Assembly: GCF_018350175.1 (NCBI RefSeq)
Contig: NC_058368.1
Coordinates: 119,104,001 to 119,168,000, forward strand
Reading direction: 5' to 3'
DNA: 64,000 nt
Origin: Felis catus
Lineage: Eukaryota
Under the pieces are notes generated by a model. The model was given only the letters and a program-made list of their open reading frames with translations. It was not told where the DNA came from and made no database searches. Position 1 is the stretch's first letter. Each line of letters begins with the position of its first letter. Shown here piece by piece: positions 59,990-64,000 of this stretch. The position numbers and the translations under genes are program-made.

Positions 59990-60282
59990 TTTGCCTCAGT
60001 GCCAACCCAGCATGGCAGTTCTTCCTCAGGGAGTCCTTCTCTGACTCTCCAGAGTACGCAGGTCTCCCTGTCATGGTGTCCTGTGTTTTCTTCCGAGTTC
60101 CCATCACAAAGTAATTACACACTTACTTGTGTAGTTAATTGTGTATCATGTCTCCCCAATCAGACTATGAGCTCCACAAAAGCAGAGGCTACCACTGTCT
60201 CATTTACCACTGAGTTCTTACTACCTACCCCAGTCTCTGCATTTAACAGGCTCTCAATAAATGTTTGCAAAATAAATGAAAA
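59990..60282 (+). mobile_element. L2 3' end
   Basis: tgtctccccaatcagactatgagctccac...caggctctcaataaatgtttgcaaaataaatgaa. Confidence 0.8.
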
Positions 60283-60539
60283 CATGAATCTGTCACAAGC
60301 TTTCTGGTTCTTTATGTGTCTGGAAATATGAAACTGCAAGTTGCCTTCTGTTTGTGACATAACTGCCTCATTTTATCAGGTTGCCCTGGCTGGAACCTTC
60401 ATTTCTCTAACCAGAATTCCTACCTGAGGCAGAGATCAAATACATAATGATGCTCCTCATTTGGAGTGGCACGGCCTCATTCTGCCGGGGGCAGTCTTTG
60501 CCCATGTCTACAAAGTCAGTCAAGGTTTCATTCAACTCA

Positions 60540-61470
60540 GGCAAGATTTTGGGAATTAAGTAAGGAGTTAGAAAAAGTCCCTAATCCCCAAAGAATTCAC
60601 TTTATAAATGGAGAACAAAAGTTAAAAAAGAAAAATTAATTTCAGGTACTGATGGGAACCATGTTGGAAGTAAAAAATGGTGATGTGACAGATGTGATAA
60701 GGAGTGAGGGATGGAAGGAGTGATATAGATTTGCGTGCTCAGGGAAGGCCTAAGGAGGTGGTGGTTGTAATAAGACCTCAGTGACAAAGGGAACTAGCCC
60801 TGTGGAGATCTGGGTGAAGAACATTCCAGGAAGAAGCAGCAGATGCCCTAGGAGACAAGCTTGGTATGTCTGAGGAACAGAAACAAGGCCACAGGACCAT
60901 ATGGAGCCTCCCTGGAGTGGGACAGCTGGCAGGTAGGAGCTGGAAACTGTATAGTACTTCAGGTCTTCTTAAGGCATTTGCACTTGATTCTGAGCATGAT
61001 GGGAAGACATGACAGGGGTCTAGCAGGGGATAATGGGTTGGTAGGAGTCAGGAGCCAGAGTAGGCATATTTTAGCAGTCCAGGTGACAAATGGAGGCCTG
61101 GGCTAGAAGAGGAGTCGTGGATATGGAACGAGGTAGGTCAACCTGCTGATGAATTGGATATGAGGGAAAAAGTGAAATCAAGGGTGAACTTGAGCACCTG
61201 GGTGAATAATGGTAGCAATTACTCTGTTGGGGGAAATCAGGAAAGAAATAGATTCTTGGGGGAAGAAAACCCTACAAAGTTCTAAGTTTGAGACACTTAT
61301 TACACAATCATTTGGAGATGTCAGGGGCAGGTGGCTACACAAGTTTTGAGCTCAGTGGAGAGGTCTAGGCCTGGAAATGGAGCTGTGGAGTCACCAGCAT
61401 ATAATGGCCTTACCTCTATGGTTCTGAACGAGATCACTGATGGAAAGGCTGTCGATTAATAAGGGAGGAA
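60540..61470 (-). mobile_element. L2, ~0.9 kb
   Basis: gtgctcagggaaggcct...gaagaacattccaggaagaag...gtccaggtgacaaatggaggcctggg...gagctcagtggagaggtctaggcctggaaat. Confidence 0.85.
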
Positions 61471-63039
61471 GGAAGGCAGGCAAACTCCTTGAATATTTAA
61501 GCCTATAACTTATGCTGATTTATTGTATTTTAGGGTCTAAATCATCCTGATAGTTTCTTCGATTCTTCCTGATAGTTTGCATTTATACCTCTGAAGAGTC
61601 ACATATTTCTATTAATTAGGTATTTGGTGTAAAAATCGTTACTGTAAGCTATCCGTAATCACATTCTAGAAATCAGTTGGCGGGTAACAGATGCACACAT
61701 GACCAAAGGAAATGCCAAAACCCACTTCCCATGGCTGTTCCTTTTGCTGGTACACATCTATTTTTAACCCTCATTATTGCAAGGCAAAGCCCTTGTCACT
61801 TGAGGGAACTATGTTTCCCAACGGAGACCTAGGGCAACCGGACATAGAATGTGGCGTGCCCCTGTGTGCCAACATTTACTGCCGCTGATTTGGCAACAAA
61901 ACTCAAACCACAAGAAAATGTAAGAATGACCTTTGATACTTGTGGAGCCTGGATGCGCACGTGCGCACGGGCGCGCACGCGCTCATGGGCACATGCGCAA
62001 GGGAGGCAGTAAGTGGTTGCAGAAAACAGTTTTATAGTTCTAAGGGTTTTCTAACATGTCAAAGTTTCGCAGAAAGTTTTGCTAGTTTAGGACTTCTTTA
62101 CTGATTATCAGAAATATTTACTCATCTCTTTCCTAAGAGCCCATGTTCAATAAGCTCTGAGCTAAGGGGAGTTCCTTCTTCTCTGACATGGTGGGTTTTG
62201 ACCCAAGAACCTGAGAGAGCATCCTGGAGGATTCAAACCCTAATAGATCCCCGCTGGTTCCCTGGAGCTGTGTTTCCATGACTCCCAAATACCCAACTGA
62301 AAAGCTAATTATTGCTTAACAAATGGCTTGTACTAGCTACAAATAAAGGGTTTATTTTGGGGGGTCTAAGTCAGCTATTTCACCTAAGTGGCACTGTTTA
62401 AAGGCAGCCTGTTTTGTAACCAGAAGCATTGTAGTTTCAGCTTTCCCAGAGTCCTATCAGGACTGAAAAATGTGCTTTCTAAACCACTAAGTGCCATATT
62501 TAACCTTTAGATGATGGAGCCAACCTTACTGTTTTCCCAATTTTGTTCAGAAGGACTTTTGGAAGGGAGCAGAGGGTTAGAGGGAGAATTCCCATCTCTC
62601 TGTATCTCCTGAGCTCCTGAATTCTCAGCCACAGAGGGCTTGGGCTTTCAATGGCACGCCTCCCTCCAGCAGGCAGGATGTGGGTGAATGCGAATCTATA
62701 CCGCGGTGACTCAATACGGCCCATTAAGAACTCAGTGGCCTTGGTTTTATCAGATGAGGAAGAATTGAACATCTTTCTGGCTTCTGTCACACAAAACTGT
62801 ATTCCCTTTCACACTTCAGTGTTTCCGTGCTTTGTCTGACTCACTACTCCACATCCTTTCTGGCTACACTTAAAGGAGGTTCTAAAACCCCCTTTCTTCA
62901 AAGTTCGAGTTATGGTTGGGAGGAGCAATTAAACAATACTCACTGACCTTAAAAATGTGTAAATCATGAGCCCCAGCAACTGTAATTTAGGAATTTATAC
63001 ATAAGATAGACCTATATTGTCTGGCATTGGAACACATCC

Positions 63040-63265
63040 ATATTAAAATAACAAGTGACAGTACATTTATAAAATGATTTTATTTATGTAAAAAAGTATA
63101 TAAATACATCTGCCTGTGTATTCATTAAAGCTTTCTTAGGAGAGATATAAGGGACTGATAAGCATAGTTATTGAGGGACGGAAGATGGAGGCAAATTTTT
63201 ACCTCTCACTTCACATGCTTATGCCATGTTCATGGATTAATCTTTGCCATATATAAATTAAACCT
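63040..63265 (+). mobile_element. Possible old L1ME 3' relic
   Basis: caagtgacagtacatttataaaatgatttt atttatgtaaaaa...aggagagatataagggactgataagcatagttatt. Confidence 0.4.
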
Positions 63266-63399
63266 AGCAAAATTTAACAGAATATTCAGGATCCACTAAT
63301 GCTCCCTTACAAAACAACAGAATGAAGACAGAGTACTGAGGATATTCTAGTTTAAGTTATAAAAACCAACTCAAATTATACACAAAGGAATATTTTTAT

Positions 63400-63810
63400 G
63401 AGAGAATCTTATCTTATGGAACCTGGTGGCAAGAAGCACAGCCTGGCCTCAGAAATACCTAAAAATGGCCAACTATTGGGAACTCAGGCCATGGCCTTTC
63501 TCCAGCTCTTTCTCTGCTTCTTTCCACATTTCTATCTCAGTCTTACTCTCCACAGACTTGTTTTTCTACTTCCAGTCCTCATGGCAAACCTGGTGGCTCA
63601 TGGCTCTCAGACTTGAACATTAGAAGACTAGTCAAGTGGAGAGACTAACTCTCTTTCCCTTAATCCTAATTTCAAACTCTTTGGCTCAGCTAGTGCCCAG
63701 TGTCCAGGCCCTTTTCCAGTCAACAGTGACCAGTGGGATGGGGTCTTGTGGTAGCAGCTGATTGCTGCAGATCCATTCAGGCTGGGGGTTAAGAAAGTTA
63801 CTGTGGGAAG
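63400..63810 (-). mobile_element. Old MaLR LTR (MLT1-like), degenerate
   Basis: ctctttctctgcttct...catggcaaacctggtggctc...ttggctcagctagtgcccagtgtcc...ccagtcaacagtgaccagtgggatgggg. Confidence 0.5.
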
Positions 63811-64000
63811 ACAGTCCAGAAATAATTCCAAAAAAGACTATCAGATATTTTTCAAGGTCGGAGGACTGCGTCCTTAGGTTACAGATGGTGTTATTTTTAG
63901 TGCCAAGTCATTAATTCACTTTTTTTTTTGTCATGGCCCTGATTTACTTTGCTATGAAAGTTCACAGTGAGGAACTTGTAGTACAGAAATATTGGTTACA

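Noticed and set aside
1..64000. CRISPR array, operon, tRNA/rRNA/snRNA gene or recognisable host protein-coding exon
   Set aside because: No regularly spaced repeat-spacer array; tRNA-like A/B boxes occur only in SINE heads; no ORF outside L1 resembles a protein I recognise. Small exons of a spanning gene cannot be excluded without alignment.

Overview
This is mammalian, almost certainly felid, non-coding genomic DNA (intergenic or deep intronic). The lineage call rests on 14 tRNA-derived carnivore SINEs, most of the feliform SINEC_Fc type. Roughly half the window is recognisable interspersed repeat: old and carnivore-age LINE-1 fragments, many L2 and MIR relics, MaLR (MLT1) and ERVL (LTR33-like) solo LTRs, hAT-Charlie MITEs and microsatellites, including a ~570-bp (CCTT)n tract. 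I can support no host protein-coding exon, RNA gene, CRISPR array or prokaryote-type system. The only ORFs with recognisable homology are broken L1 ORF2 pieces; the rest look like repeat-derived or chance ORFs. I did not find a convincing novel biological system. The most interesting observations are a spacer-less inverted SINE pair (45.2-45.6 kb), a young SINE with intact Pol III boxes and a perfect 17-bp TSD (50.3 kb), nested and rearranged L1 structures, a CpG-dense palindromic NRF1/E-box patch (61.95 kb), several candidate enhancer motif clusters and a few candidate small exons. Subfamily names come from my recall of consensus sequences, not a database search. Boundaries of old repeats are approximate (about +/-30-50 bp).
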